Shown: positions 12,197 through 23,450, counted from the first letter of the stretch. The stretch: DNA of 64,000 nucleotides from Hamiltosporidium tvaerminnensis FI-OER-3-3 (GCA_022605425.2 JAKIMF020000004.1:372001-436000); one strand, 5' to 3'. Made by a program: numbers and translations. The notes: generated by a model not told the origin, from the sequence alone.

Positions 12197-12912
12197 TGTC
12201 ACGATCCATAGTATCTTCTTTATTTCTTATACACCTTTGAATTTAATAACTCTTTTCGTTTTTTAAATAACCTCTATTGTTATGTCTTTATGTTTTTTTC
12301 ATTTCCTTAGCATCGTATACATCACCTGATATCACAATCCTGTAAATTATTTGACTAAACATTCCAACTTAACAATTTCTTGCTTATAAATAAGTTTTAA
12401 GCATCCAGATATGAGCTTACTCAAACAAATTTATTCTATATTTTCCACCTCCTGTTTTTTTAAAGTTTTATGATTTTGATTTGTTAAATCTCTTACCTAC
12501 TTATTCCATCTCTCTTTTAACTCTTGAAATCGAGGATAAAAAACTAGAACCGAACATATTATGTCGGATTTATGCCTTCGTATTTTCTGGTCTGTTCCTC
12601 TTTCAAACAAAGTTAATTTTATGTCTCAACTCATTTCACCATTTATAGTTTCTCCCATTTTTGCCTGTCAAAGCTCTTATATTTATGTTTCATAAACTAT
12701 TGTTCGATTTAAGCACCTGATCTTTGTTTTTGAGAAAGTCTTTTGCTTCCCAATTATATCTTTTAATCTGTTGTAACTCAGGTTTATAGGAGATTGGCCT
12801 CATGGATTAGTTTGTGTTTATATCCCATCGAAATGAAAAAAATGATTTTGACACGAATTTAACCTATTGGTTTCAAGTAGATAGCTTTTATTATGGTTAT
12901 TCCCCCTCCATC
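12197..12912 (-). repeat. Dispersed element family B, copy B1 (family-A head, different body)
   Basis: Minus strand starts GATGGAGGGGGAATAACCATAATAAAAGCTATCTACTTG...GATGGGATATAAACAC, alignable to the family-A head. It continues AGGCCAATCTCCTATAAACCTGAG and ATCCTCGA, shared with 30300-30415, and ends GTGACA like the family-A GTGATA. Confidence 0.6.
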
Positions 12913-14114
12913 TTCTTTCAAATATTTGAATATATAAAAAAATCTAGACTTTTTCCAGAAAAATAAAAATGAAAAACTACAAATATTTTTGTTTTGTAGT
13001 TAATTTGATTGAAATTCGTTCAAACATTGATCTTAAAACGATTGTATGATAGATTAGAAATTAGCCTAAATCATAATGTTTTTTTAGAAGATATTTTTTA
13101 TATTTTGAGCTTCCCTTATACTCGCTAAATTATTCTTAATATTTAAATGTGCTAATTCACCATTATTTTTTTAATAATATTTTTTCACGACATCTGGATT
13201 TCAAAATTTTCATTGAAATATGTGTATGTATATTTGTTTTAATCGATTCGAAGGTGTAAAATTTCTGTTTTATGATCTTTTGTTGTTTTCTATTTTTAAA
13301 AATCATACTATATTTAATTAAGTTAAAAATCAGGCTAATTGCAAAATAATAATTATTTTCTAGTGAAATTTCGCTTTTATGGTTTTCTTTGTATATTTTT
13401 AAGTAGTTTATAAAAGTTTATTCAAGATGAAGGATTGGTTATTGACTATACTGGTACTTTCTTGGAATCAGATATTGATATTTTTTAAACTCAAATCATC
13501 ATTAAACTGTTTTTTGCTCAAGTTTTGTTTTAGATATCACATTAAAATATATTTTTTATTACGCTAAGGTATAAATCTTTCTAAAGCAGACTTTAAAATA
13601 TTTAAAGTCCATAAATTTTAAGCTTTTTATAGAAGATTATGTAGCTTATCTTCAAAAAACTGTATCAGATCAATGAAAAAAACTTAGTATTTAACTCGTT
13701 AATTCGAAGCAAACTACGATAATTTAGTGCATTTCGTTTTATTCTTATCGTTTAAAAGCGGGGATTATTTATAGTTGGTTATCGCCATAATGTTAGATTA
13801 CCAATTTGAGAAATAAAGAAAGCATCAACGAAAAATCATGTCTAGATATCAGAAAAAAACGCCGCCATCCATATATTATACCATACATATAGTTTATAAC
13901 TTAAAAATTTTAGTGGGAAATTGATTTCTTTTTTGCTTTTATAAAACCTCCTAAGTTATCTAATTTTTTGCTTAATATATTTAATGTGAGTTTCAAATAA
14001 AAAGCGACCCGATAACATGATTTAAACTATCATTTCGGTATATAAATATTTAGAAACTTTTAGGCCAATATTTTCTCTTCGTTTTTTAATTTTAATTTTA
14101 TACTAAAATAACAT

Positions 14115-14864
14115 TGTGGAGGGAGGATAACCACATAAAAAACTTTCTGCTTGGCAATGAGTGTGTGAAACTGGTGTGAAGATCATTGTTTGGATTTTTG
14201 GTGGGAATACAACCACACTATATCTTCGGTTGTTTCAGGGGAGTTGTTATGAAGAGGAGATGTCTACGAAATGGCTAACCTTTTTCTACGAATTTATTTG
14301 TAGTTTTTTACGTAATTAGATTGCAGACCGCAGCTGAACATGTAGGTAATTGCCATGTAAAAGCATGGAAATCTAGCCTTGCTCACTCGGGTTAGAAGAC
14401 TTAGCGCCTGGGTGATATAACAATAAAAACCATTTAAAGCCGGGAGAGCTAAGTAGCCGGTTATACCTGTTGGTATGACATTGCACTGTCTAGGTGGACC
14501 TCATGTAAGTCTCTGAAATATATCTTAGCTAGAAGTTTATTGGGTTCAGAAAGGGTAGAGTAAGTGGGAATGCTGCATAGTCTTGGGGGAGCCCGGAGGG
14601 CTTCGGCCTTCGATCACACTCCATGCAACGGACATTAACGAACTCCGGGCAACCGACTCGCATAGTAATTAGGTTCTACACACCTGGTAGATGAAAGGCT
14701 TTGGGACGTAGGTATCGCAGGGGTTACCGATGGAGTGTTGGGGTAGCAGTTATTTATGTTAAACCTAGAACTGCGTTAATGTCATGAAAACAAATATAAC
14801 ACTTGCCACTATTTTAATAAGATGTGATATTTTTAAATAAAAAAATCTTTTGTAAAAAAAAAAA
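14115..14864 (+). repeat. Dispersed ~715-bp structured non-coding element, family A, copy A1
   Basis: GC-richer island closely similar to 32060-32780, 51619-52335 and 59929-60655. No conserved ORF. Many hairpins; AATAAA at 14836-14841 followed by A11 at 14854-14864. Confidence 0.92.
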
Positions 14865-15647
14865 TTTTAATATTTATTAAGAAATCTAAATGATTTTAAA
14901 AGTTAAATTATGTGATTAATTATTGTTAGTAGAACTAACTATTGTAGCAATCATTTTTTTCCTTATTATTAAAACATCAAGTTTTTTTTATTTTCTCTCA
15001 CAACTTATTGACTCTTTTCTTTCAATTAGAAAAATCAAATTGTTTCGAATCTCTCATAAAAAGTATAAAATATATATTAAATACCTTTGAACTTTAAAAT
15101 TATTCAATAATTAATGATGGAAATTTTATATAATATTAAGCTCGATTTATAATCTGATAATCAATTGTGTGATTGCAGTAAAATTTTCTTTAAAAGGAAA
15201 AAAACATAAATTCGTTCATTTATCGCTCATCATTTTTCCAAAAATAATATTTTCAGATAGGAAAACAGTTAATTTAATACCCCTGTCAGTTCAACAGTAT
15301 ATTTTCAAGCTGTTATAAGGATTTAAAAAGCAGGAATTAAATTTGTTAAGTAAATTCATAAATTATATCGTTTTTCCCAACAAATGTATCAAAAAATCTT
15401 ATCTAAATAAATTTTATATAATACTCGTTGTCCTTTAAAAAATAAACTGTTTTTGTTAAAATATTTACTATTAACTTAATTATTCTTATATAAATCGTTG
15501 GAATAATTGTTAAATCTATTAAAATTTCATTTTCTTTGTAAATTTAGACCAATAAATATATGAAAATTAATTTTATTTTACCAAACAAACTTTTTAAATC
15601 ATGTTGCTGTTTATATAAAATATTGGTTTATTAATTAATAATTAATA

Positions 15648-15800
15648 AAGAAATATACTTTATTCATATTATTATTGCTAATATATTAGTATATAAGCGC
15701 AGAATTAATAATTTAAAAATAAATATACTTCTAATAATTATTATTGCTAATATATTAGTTTATAAGTTAAGAATTAATTTTCCAAGAAATATACTTTATA
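15648..15800. repeat. Degenerate ~69-bp tandem repeat (about 2.2 units)
   Basis: AAATATACTT...ATTATTATTGCTAATATATTAGT.TATAAG...AGAATTAAT occurs twice, followed by a partial third unit. Confidence 0.65.
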
Positions 15801-16077
15801 CAGAATATTTATTAAAATATGCGGTATAATTTAAAAAGTATGGTAGGTAAAATATTTATGTGGTATATTAGTTCAAAGAAAAATACTCATAATAATTAAT
15901 CCGATATATTTTAACTTTAAAAAAATCTAAATTTCGAAACCAAATAATATATTTTGGTATTTATTATAAAATATATTCTTTCTGTCATTTTTGCGTTTTA
16001 TAATTAGAGTAGCTTTGCATTTTATTACGTTTTTTTGTAAAAGGTTAATATTTGTATTGATCATGATTTATGAAACT

Positions 16078-16400
16078 GTGTATTTAGAATTTGATTTGTT
16101 TATTTATACTCAAATATTAAAAATACTGTTTCTAATATTTGTACTTAAATATTCTGATTAAGAGTTGGATTTATTTATTTATACTCAAATATTACAAATA
16201 CTTTTTCGAATATTAATACTTGAATATTCTGTATTTAGAATTTTATTTGTTTATTTATACTTAAATATTACAAATACTGTTTCGAATATTAATACTTGAA
16301 TATTCTGTATTTAGAGTTGGATTTGTTTATTTAACTTGAATATTACAAATACTAGTTTCTAATATTTGTACTTGAATATTTTGTATTTAGAATTTAATTT
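16078..16400. repeat. ~75-bp minisatellite (about 4.3 units)
   Basis: Unit TGTATTTAGARTTKGATTTGTTTATTTATACTCAAATATTACAAATACT...GAATATTC restarts at about 16079, 16154, 16230, 16305 and 16381. Confidence 0.85.
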
Positions 16401-16523
16401 ATAAAAAAAATTTTATTTGGTTATAATTGAATTATCAAGTTAAAGAGATTATAAATGATTTTTTAAAATTTAAATATTTTCTAAATATTTATCTCATTTT
16501 TTTTTTCTATGGATTGAAATATA

Positions 16524-19500
16524 ATTTTTATTTAATAAAATTCTGGGTTAAAATATTTTTTACCATTTTTTACATGTTTTCTTCTACCTCTTTAACCACT
16601 TTTGTCTCTTCTTCCAAATCCGACTCTTCATTTATGTTATTGGTCGGTTCCTCTAAAGTGGTTCCTCCTTGTAAAATAAAGGGGGCTTTATATTTTGGTT
16701 TAAAATTTTTGGCACCATCTTCCTCTGTTTTCGCTTCTTTTAAAGGGGGTATTGGTTCCTCATGCATCTCTGATCTCATAATAACACCCATTGACGCTCT
16801 CTCCCAGCTCTCTTCGGCATTTAGTCCTGACTCAAGTCCTCTTCGTCGATCAAAGGAAATAGTTTCGACTGTCTTTTTAAGTACTATAGACTGAATGTAT
16901 GCTTCTACATTCATGGGTATTTCTAGTCTTTTAAGATGAGATTTATGGTATTTTGTCACAATACCGTCCCAGGTCATCACATAAGGGATTATCTCAACAC
17001 TACACTTATAAATAAGGCCCAACTCATTGGCTAGCGTCATACTTCTAGTTTTTCGTTTCACTATTTGAGTGATCTTAGTGATTCCTACTTCATGGTGTTA
17101 TCTTATTTTCTTCTTATCTAAAATAAATATGTCTGGTCTGTTATTCAATTTTACATCAGTTTTAATTCTGGTTCCTTTTCTGCATACTCATTATCGATTT
17201 CTTGAACTGGTGGCTCCTTATTCGTTTTGAAGACTTAACTTATATCTATTTAGAGAAGGTGTAGGCATCTAACCACTTCATTATGCCGTCTGTGTAATCA
17301 TGGCCTGCATTTTTTCACATCTAGTTGCTGATGATCCACAGTCTTACCGACTTCCCGCAATGTTGCACACACCATCTGCTCCCGAATACACTTCTATCCT
17401 GATATGCAGAACACAGCTTCATTTCGTGGCCTAATATTTCCTCTCTTTAGCCATCTTGAGTCACTAACACTCACAGCTCATTTTTCTTACATTATATAAC
17501 TTTGAATGGGTTTTCGTTTTCTATTTCGTTATATAGTTTTGAGTTGGCTTCTTCTAACTTTCTTAGTGACTTCTTCTACCAACCTGTACTTTACTTTTAA
17601 GAAGCCTTTTATTAGTGCATGGGTTTTTTATTATTCTCCACCTTGGATTGTGCTCATTAGTTGATATTTCTTTACTTTTTCCAGACAATCCGGTTGCAAG
17701 CATATGTTCGCTTCGCAACTCAACACTATGTAGGCCTCTTCCAGTTCTGTTCTAAGGTATAAACGCTCTTTACATCCTGGGCGAATATGTACCTTATTCT
17801 TAACCACACCGCACGCACTGCATCATCTAACTGAAGTCAGCCGTTCAGTCAAGTACTCCTTGTGATAGTTGATTAACGATATCGCATGTTTATTGATGGC
17901 AGAAAATAATTTTTGCGTTAAATCTGTGTGACAAAGTCTTTCAACTCTTGATATAAGTTTGCTTTGTACTTTCAATGAGCTACTGTTGGATTCCTCTGCT
18001 ATCTTCTATTATTCCTAAATATTTGTAAACACTAACACCTTCTGAAGGTAGCAGTATCTTCCACACGTATATTTGTGGCTGACTTCTCTTTGTTAATCTC
18101 TGCCAATCACCTCTAAAATTCCTTTGCCTCGCCTGTCATAGCACTCATGTGGAGCTGTCTTTTGCAGGAGCTTAAGATCATCAATAAACAGAGATGATTA
18201 GTGATGATTCTGCATCTGTTTGTACTGTCACTTTTGTGTTTTTTCATTAAGCTTTCGGCTTAATGGATCCATACACAACACAAATAACGGTGACAGACTA
18301 TCTCCTTGCGATCCCTTATCAATCTTCTTGCTCATGATTTTTCAGGCCCTACTGATATATCAATTTTCCATTTTGATATAATTACCTTAATAAATTTCGA
18401 TCCAATCGTATTAGGTTTTCATGCATTGAGTTAAATAAGCATGATCTATTGAATCATAGTTTTTAACATCAATCCATGTTGCTTATTGTTTCCTACTCTT
18501 TATTTAAGGCAATATTCGTGAGCCTGCTCTTTCGCTCCCTGCACACCTCTTACGCCCCTATTGGTTCTCTGCGCACCTGCTTTCTTCAGTTGAACGATTT
18601 CGTTACACACTTTGTCGTTAACTTATAGAGGTTGGACATACAAGTGATTGGCCTGTAGTCGGCCTCTTCGTGGAATTCCTTTCGGTATCAAATACGTAGC
18701 CCGCAGTAAACCAATCAGCTTGAGGTGTTCCTTCTAAACATATAACTTTCACAATATCATAAGATATTTGTGAAGAGTTGTAAGTTTCTTAATGAAAAAT
18801 TGTAAATACCATCAATTCCGCAGCTTTCCAATTAGGGGCCAATTAATGATATTCACAAATTCATCAGTGAAGGAAACGTGGTCGATGATTATCTGATACA
18901 AATGGAATCAAATAATCATCGTACGTGACTGTGTCATCATTTTTGTTCCACATTGTAGACCAAAACTCACAATTTCATCACGGCTAACCACATGCTCGGA
19001 TTCCAAACGCTCAATAACCCACGATAAAATCGACCTCAAGCTCAAACATACGATTCTCTTTTCAATTGCTTCCTACTTTCATGCATCGTTTTTTTCTAAA
19101 CATTCAGACTCACTTCTTAACTAAAGCCTCGAAAGATCGTTACGTGCTCAGTTTAAATTAAACTCTCGCATGATTTTCTTAAGGCTCTTCGTTTCCAGTG
19201 GAGCTTTTCCTGCTTACGCCTTCTCGAAGATCTTTGAAGTACTAACTTAAATTTTACTTTCTATGTTTTCCTTCCGGATCTGGCTTTTTTTGCGTGTTGC
19301 CTCGTCTAGCTACCTGCGCGCTTGCATGATATACGCGGCTTCCGTATTGACTCGTACATGAGCTTCTGCATATTCACCGACTACTCGATTAATGAGATCC
19401 GAACTTTACTATCAACCAATTCATTTGGATGTTTTCTAGTTCGACCACTACTTTTCAATTTCGTTCTCAGATTTCTTTGATTTTACTCGAATTTATCTCT

Positions 19501-20003
19501 CGGTTTTGTACTCCTGGTGTCGTGGTGCATGTATCGCGAGACGTGGCGATTCTACGTCGCTCTCCATTCTCTTCTGTTTTACATCCTTTCCCATCTCACT
19601 TTGTGCCAATTTTTTAACACTTCTTTCGTGCAGCCATTTTATTATAGTACCTGTGGCTCTGTCCGCCATTTCTTGGCATTCTTTCAAACCTTGTCTGTAC
19701 TGCAAAAACAATTCGGCCATTCCTTCGGTCGCTGTTACGGAATCGAATATCGTCCGCAATGCCATTAGCCTGTTACCTTCCGATAGTACGCTTGTCATTC
19801 TACATGCTCCACGCGACTTCACCAGGAACTTGCATTGGCTGGTGTCGCCCACTATTTTGCATTTTACTCATGTTTGTTTGTATGTTATTGTTTGGGGTGA
19901 ATCGCCTGTTGTTACTTTTTGTATCTCACTATCACTCTTTTTCACCTCTCTCTTTCGCTTTATTTTGTATTTTCTATTTCCGTACATTTTTTTTCACCAT
20001 ATT
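16524..20003 (-). mobile_element. Near full-length non-LTR retrotransposon with RLE endonuclease (R4/Dong-like), frameshifted
   Basis: Minus-strand motifs in order: WKAA.IDGIYNFFIKKL (~18800), DYRPITCMSNLYKL (~18640), QGDSLSPL (~18300), FIDDLKL (~18180), decayed CCHC knuckle plus RHN (~17280-17380), NNRPDIFILDKKK (~17130), and the C-terminal ORF 16570-17061. Candidate 12-bp TSD GATTGAAATATA at 16512-16523 and 20004-20015. Confidence 0.9.
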
Positions 20004-20074
20004 GATTGAAATATATATTTATATTATTATTTAAAATATGCCATAAATATTTAATGATAAAAAAAATATCCCTC

Positions 20075-21700
20075 ATGATAAAAAGTAAATGGTTCTATTA
20101 TGTAAGTATGATATCTTTATCTATTCTAGTATTTACATACATATTGAATATAACTCATACTTACACTTTTGTTAAGCATAACAATGAAATATTGACAAAG
20201 AAAAAATCCGATTTATTTATAGAGAGAAATTCAAATGCATTTTTTTATTTTGTACAAGTGACTGATCTTCATATAAATACACATGTAAAAACAAAAGGAT
20301 TTTGTCATTTTAAAGAATGTGTAGAAGAAATAAATAGTATAAATCCCGAATTTGTTATAATTTCTGGTGATATTGTAGATTCAATGAATGAAAAATACGA
20401 TGGAATAGTGAGTAAACAAGATTTTTGTCAATATTTAGATTTGGTTTCTGGTATAAATGTTCCTGTTTATGATATACGAGGAAATCATGATGTTTTTGGA
20501 TTAAATTTTGATGAAAATATGGAATATTTAAACAAATTTATGATAAGAAAAGAGCGAAATTATTTTTTTGAATTTGAAAAAAGCGACAACAAATTTATTT
20601 TTGTGTTTATTGATGGAACTCCTAAATTTACATCAAAAAGATTTTTAAATTTTTTTGGATATTTTGATGATAAAGAATTTGAAGAGGAAGTTACGAATAA
20701 AATAAGAAATAATAATTATGACCATGTTATTCTAACCACGCATTATCCAAGTAATACTATTACAACAACCAGTCAAACATTTTTTAATCCAAGTGTTTAT
20801 CTCTGTGGCCATCTTCATAATTTAATTTTTTTTAATGAAATGTATAAAATTCATGAAAATGGATGTACAGAAGCAGAACTTTCGGATTTGAAAAATAATA
20901 AAACTTATAGAATATTAACATTTGATAATGGAGTATTTAATTTTAGTGATGTAAAAGTTGGAAAAGAACCAAAAATTGCAATTCTTACACCAAAAGATAA
21001 AAAGTTAAAAACCAAAATTGAGCCAAATTTAACTTCAAAATATTTAAGATTTCTTGTTTTTAATCACCAGGAAGTTAAAGCATTTTTTAACGATGAAAAA
21101 CTTGAATTAGAAAAAGAAAACAATTTATTTACTGCTATTTTACCTTCAAATATAGGTAAAATAAAAATAATTGCAAGTAATTCCTATGGAAATTCATTTA
21201 AAGAAATCGATATTGATTCTTCAAATCATTCAACTTACTCTTCATTTCCTTTGAACATCAACTTTTTAATAATTTCAATATTTTTTTTATTTTCGTATTT
21301 CTTTGTACTCGTATTCTTGACACTAAAAAAGAAGAATTTGGAATGCATAATTCGATGTTTATTTTATTTTTTACTTCCATGTGCTTTAGGAAAATTTACC
21401 AAAAATACTTGGTCAATTCTTTATAACTTTTATGTTTATCCAAATCATTATTTCTTTGATACCGTTTTCTATTTTACAACCATACTTTTTCTTCAAGAAA
21501 TACCTTATATGTTATATTTACTTGGTTATTTCTCTGTTTTACCTTATTTAATCGTTTGTATTTTTCATTCCAAAATTATGTTGTATTTTCATTTTGGAAT
21601 TGTATTTTCTATTTTCGATTTGTTCTCACTCCCGGTGTTTTATAAGTATTTTAAGTCAAAAATATTTAAGAAAAGTGTTATTACAACAAATGTAACTTGA
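20075..21700 (+). CDS. TMEM62-like membrane metallophosphoesterase (calcineurin-like)
   Basis: Motifs TDLH, SGD, RGNHD, THYP and LCGHLH; N-terminal TM helix and several C-terminal TM helices. Start placed at ATG 20075, in frame with track ORF 20006 and preceded by a CCC motif (TATCCCTCATG). Confidence 0.85.
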   Translation: MIKSKWFYYVSMISLSILVFTYILNITHTYTFVKHNNEILTKKKSDLFIERNSNAFFYFVQVTDLHINTHVKTKGFCHFKECVEEINSINPEFVIISGDIVDSMNEKYDGIVSKQDFCQYLDLVSGINVPVYDIRGNHDVFGLNFDENMEYLNKFMIRKERNYFFEFEKSDNKFIFVFIDGTPKFTSKRFLNFFGYFDDKEFEEEVTNKIRNNNYDHVILTTHYPSNTITTTSQTFFNPSVYLCGHLHNLIFFNEMYKIHENGCTEAELSDLKNNKTYRILTFDNGVFNFSDVKVGKEPKIAILTPKDKKLKTKIEPNLTSKYLRFLVFNHQEVKAFFNDEKLELEKENNLFTAILPSNIGKIKIIASNSYGNSFKEIDIDSSNHSTYSSFPLNINFLIISIFFLFSYFFVLVFLTLKKKNLECIIRCLFYFLLPCALGKFTKNTWSILYNFYVYPNHYFFDTVFYFTTILFLQEIPYMLYLLGYFSVLPYLIVCIFHSKIMLYFHFGIVFSIFDLFSLPVFYKYFKSKIFKKSVITTNVT

Positions 21701-22061
21701 TTTCTGTTGATTCAACTTATATTTCTATTAAAATGATATTTGTTTATATTGTTTTCTATTTAAATTGTTTTTTTGTACTTTTCATTGGCAATTGAAACAA
21801 ATTTTCATTTAATATTTCGTAAAAAAATGTATAAACAATTAAGAGCGACAATGAAAAAAGTAAAAAATGATTTTTAATGAATAAATTGAAGATATTTTTT
21901 TATAAAAGTGCTCATAATTACAGAATCTCATACTTCTGTTAATAAAAACAGAATTTCTTTTTTTTTAAATTAATAACAATTTTTTTTTGTCATATCATCC
22001 ACTTTTTTCTGATTTGAAACTTCTACAAATCTACAAAAATTAAAAACTTCGAAACATATTT

Positions 22062-22217
22062 TAAAATATAAACTTACTTTTAAGAAATATCATTATTAAG
22101 AAAATAAATAAACGCTGAATAAATAGATAAATCTCAATTTAAAATATAAACTTACTTTTAAGAAATATCATTATTAAGAAAATAAATAAAAGCTGAATAA
22201 ATAGATAAATCTCAATT
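22062..22217. repeat. 78-bp direct tandem duplication
   Basis: AAAATATAAACTTACTTTTAAGAAATATCATTATTAAGAAAATAAATAAA.GCTGAATAAATAGATAAATCTCAATTT occurs twice. Confidence 0.9.
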
Positions 22218-22671
22218 TTTTTCTAAATATACATGTGCTACAAACAATAATCAAATTATTTCATTGCGACACAATATAAATCATAAAAACACATAACAGA
22301 ATATATTTTAGACATCAATTCTTTAAAATATATAAAAAAAAACACAGAAATAATTTCTTACTGTTACTAAAACGAAATTATGATCAATCTAAATATTAAA
22401 GAAGCCTTAAAAAAAATATACTAGGATACCATATAATGAGTTGGATTTGCTTTTCCTATTACTAGGTTCTTTCATATATAAAAAATTCTGATAAAAAGAC
22501 ATATTTATTTAAAACTATAGTATATTATAATTTATTAATATAATAACTTATAATTGATTATCATATCTATAAATTTCAAATCAGTCAAATAAATCACATT
22601 ATGAAGTAACTGGTAAAATAATAAGCTAATGATATATTTAACAGACATATTCACACCTTTATATAATATTT

Positions 22672-23052
22672 ATGTTTATATCCTAACTATGTTTATATCT
22701 TAACCATGTTTATATCTTGATCATGTCTATATCTTAACTATGTCTATATCTTAACTATTTTCATATCTTTAAAATGTTAGCATTCTATTAAATTTATCAT
22801 CTTACAATCCTAATTTCTTCTTTAATCGAAGAGAAGAGACACAAATTTAAAATTACATTTTTATTAAAGAAATTTCTTATTAACTCTAAAATTCAACTCA
22901 AAATTAATTTATTTTGTATTTTTTGAACAGGTTGTAAGTATTAGAGTGACTTTGGATCTACAATTAATGTTTAAAAGCTTATAAATTATTTTTTTTAGTA
23001 ATATAAACTAATATGAACTAATATGAACTAATATGAACTAATTTGAACTAAT
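22672..23052. repeat. Short tandem repeats: ~15-bp ATGTYTATATCTTAAC units (22672-22768) and 10-bp AATATGAACT units (~23005-23052)
   Basis: Directly visible periodic units. Confidence 0.8.
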
Positions 23053-23189
23053 ATTAATTTAATTAATAATTTATATTTGTTTTAATTAAGATAATTAAAT
23101 TGTATGTACTGTTATAATCAATTCAATTTTATATTTTACTATGGTTTTTAATTATATACGGTAATCTCTAAAAATACTTTTTTAGTGAT

Positions 23190-23450
23190 TTAACACTCTT
23201 TTAACACGTGTGTTTCTAGCATTTCTCTTATCTAACAGTAGTATTATTAACACCCTTTTATCGGAGAGTACGATTATTAACACCCTTTTATATAACAGTA
23301 CGATTATTAACACCCTTTATCTAACACTAGTAGTACTACTAACACCCTCTAATTTACTACACATGTTACTAACACCCTTTATATAAGAATATGGTTACTA
23401 ACACCCTCTTACAAACTATTATCACTAACACCTCTTCCTACTAACACTCA
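23190..23450. repeat. ~30-bp degenerate C-rich tandem array (TAACACCCTTTT core) upstream of CPSF3
   Basis: TAACACCCT/TAACACTCT/TAACACCT recurs about every 30 bp, roughly 9 times. Confidence 0.8.

Noticed and set aside
14320-14665. Group I/II intron, hammerhead or HDV ribozyme in family A (CCGCAGC, CATAGTC, GGGCAAC, CCTCGC look-alikes)
   Set aside because: No P7 pairing, no domain V, no CUGANGA/GAAA core, and the HDV-like words are in the wrong order.
14115-14829. Family A/B as solo LTRs (TGT...GAYA-like ends)
   Set aside because: No 4-6-bp TSD at those ends in any copy checked, similarity continues past the putative end to AATAAA, and A2 has a long TSD. Disfavoured, not fully excluded.
23190-23450. 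Repeat-spacer-like array resembling CRISPR
   Set aside because: The core is only ~12-16 bp, the spacers are short and similar to each other, there are no cas genes, and the context is eukaryotic: a degenerate minisatellite.
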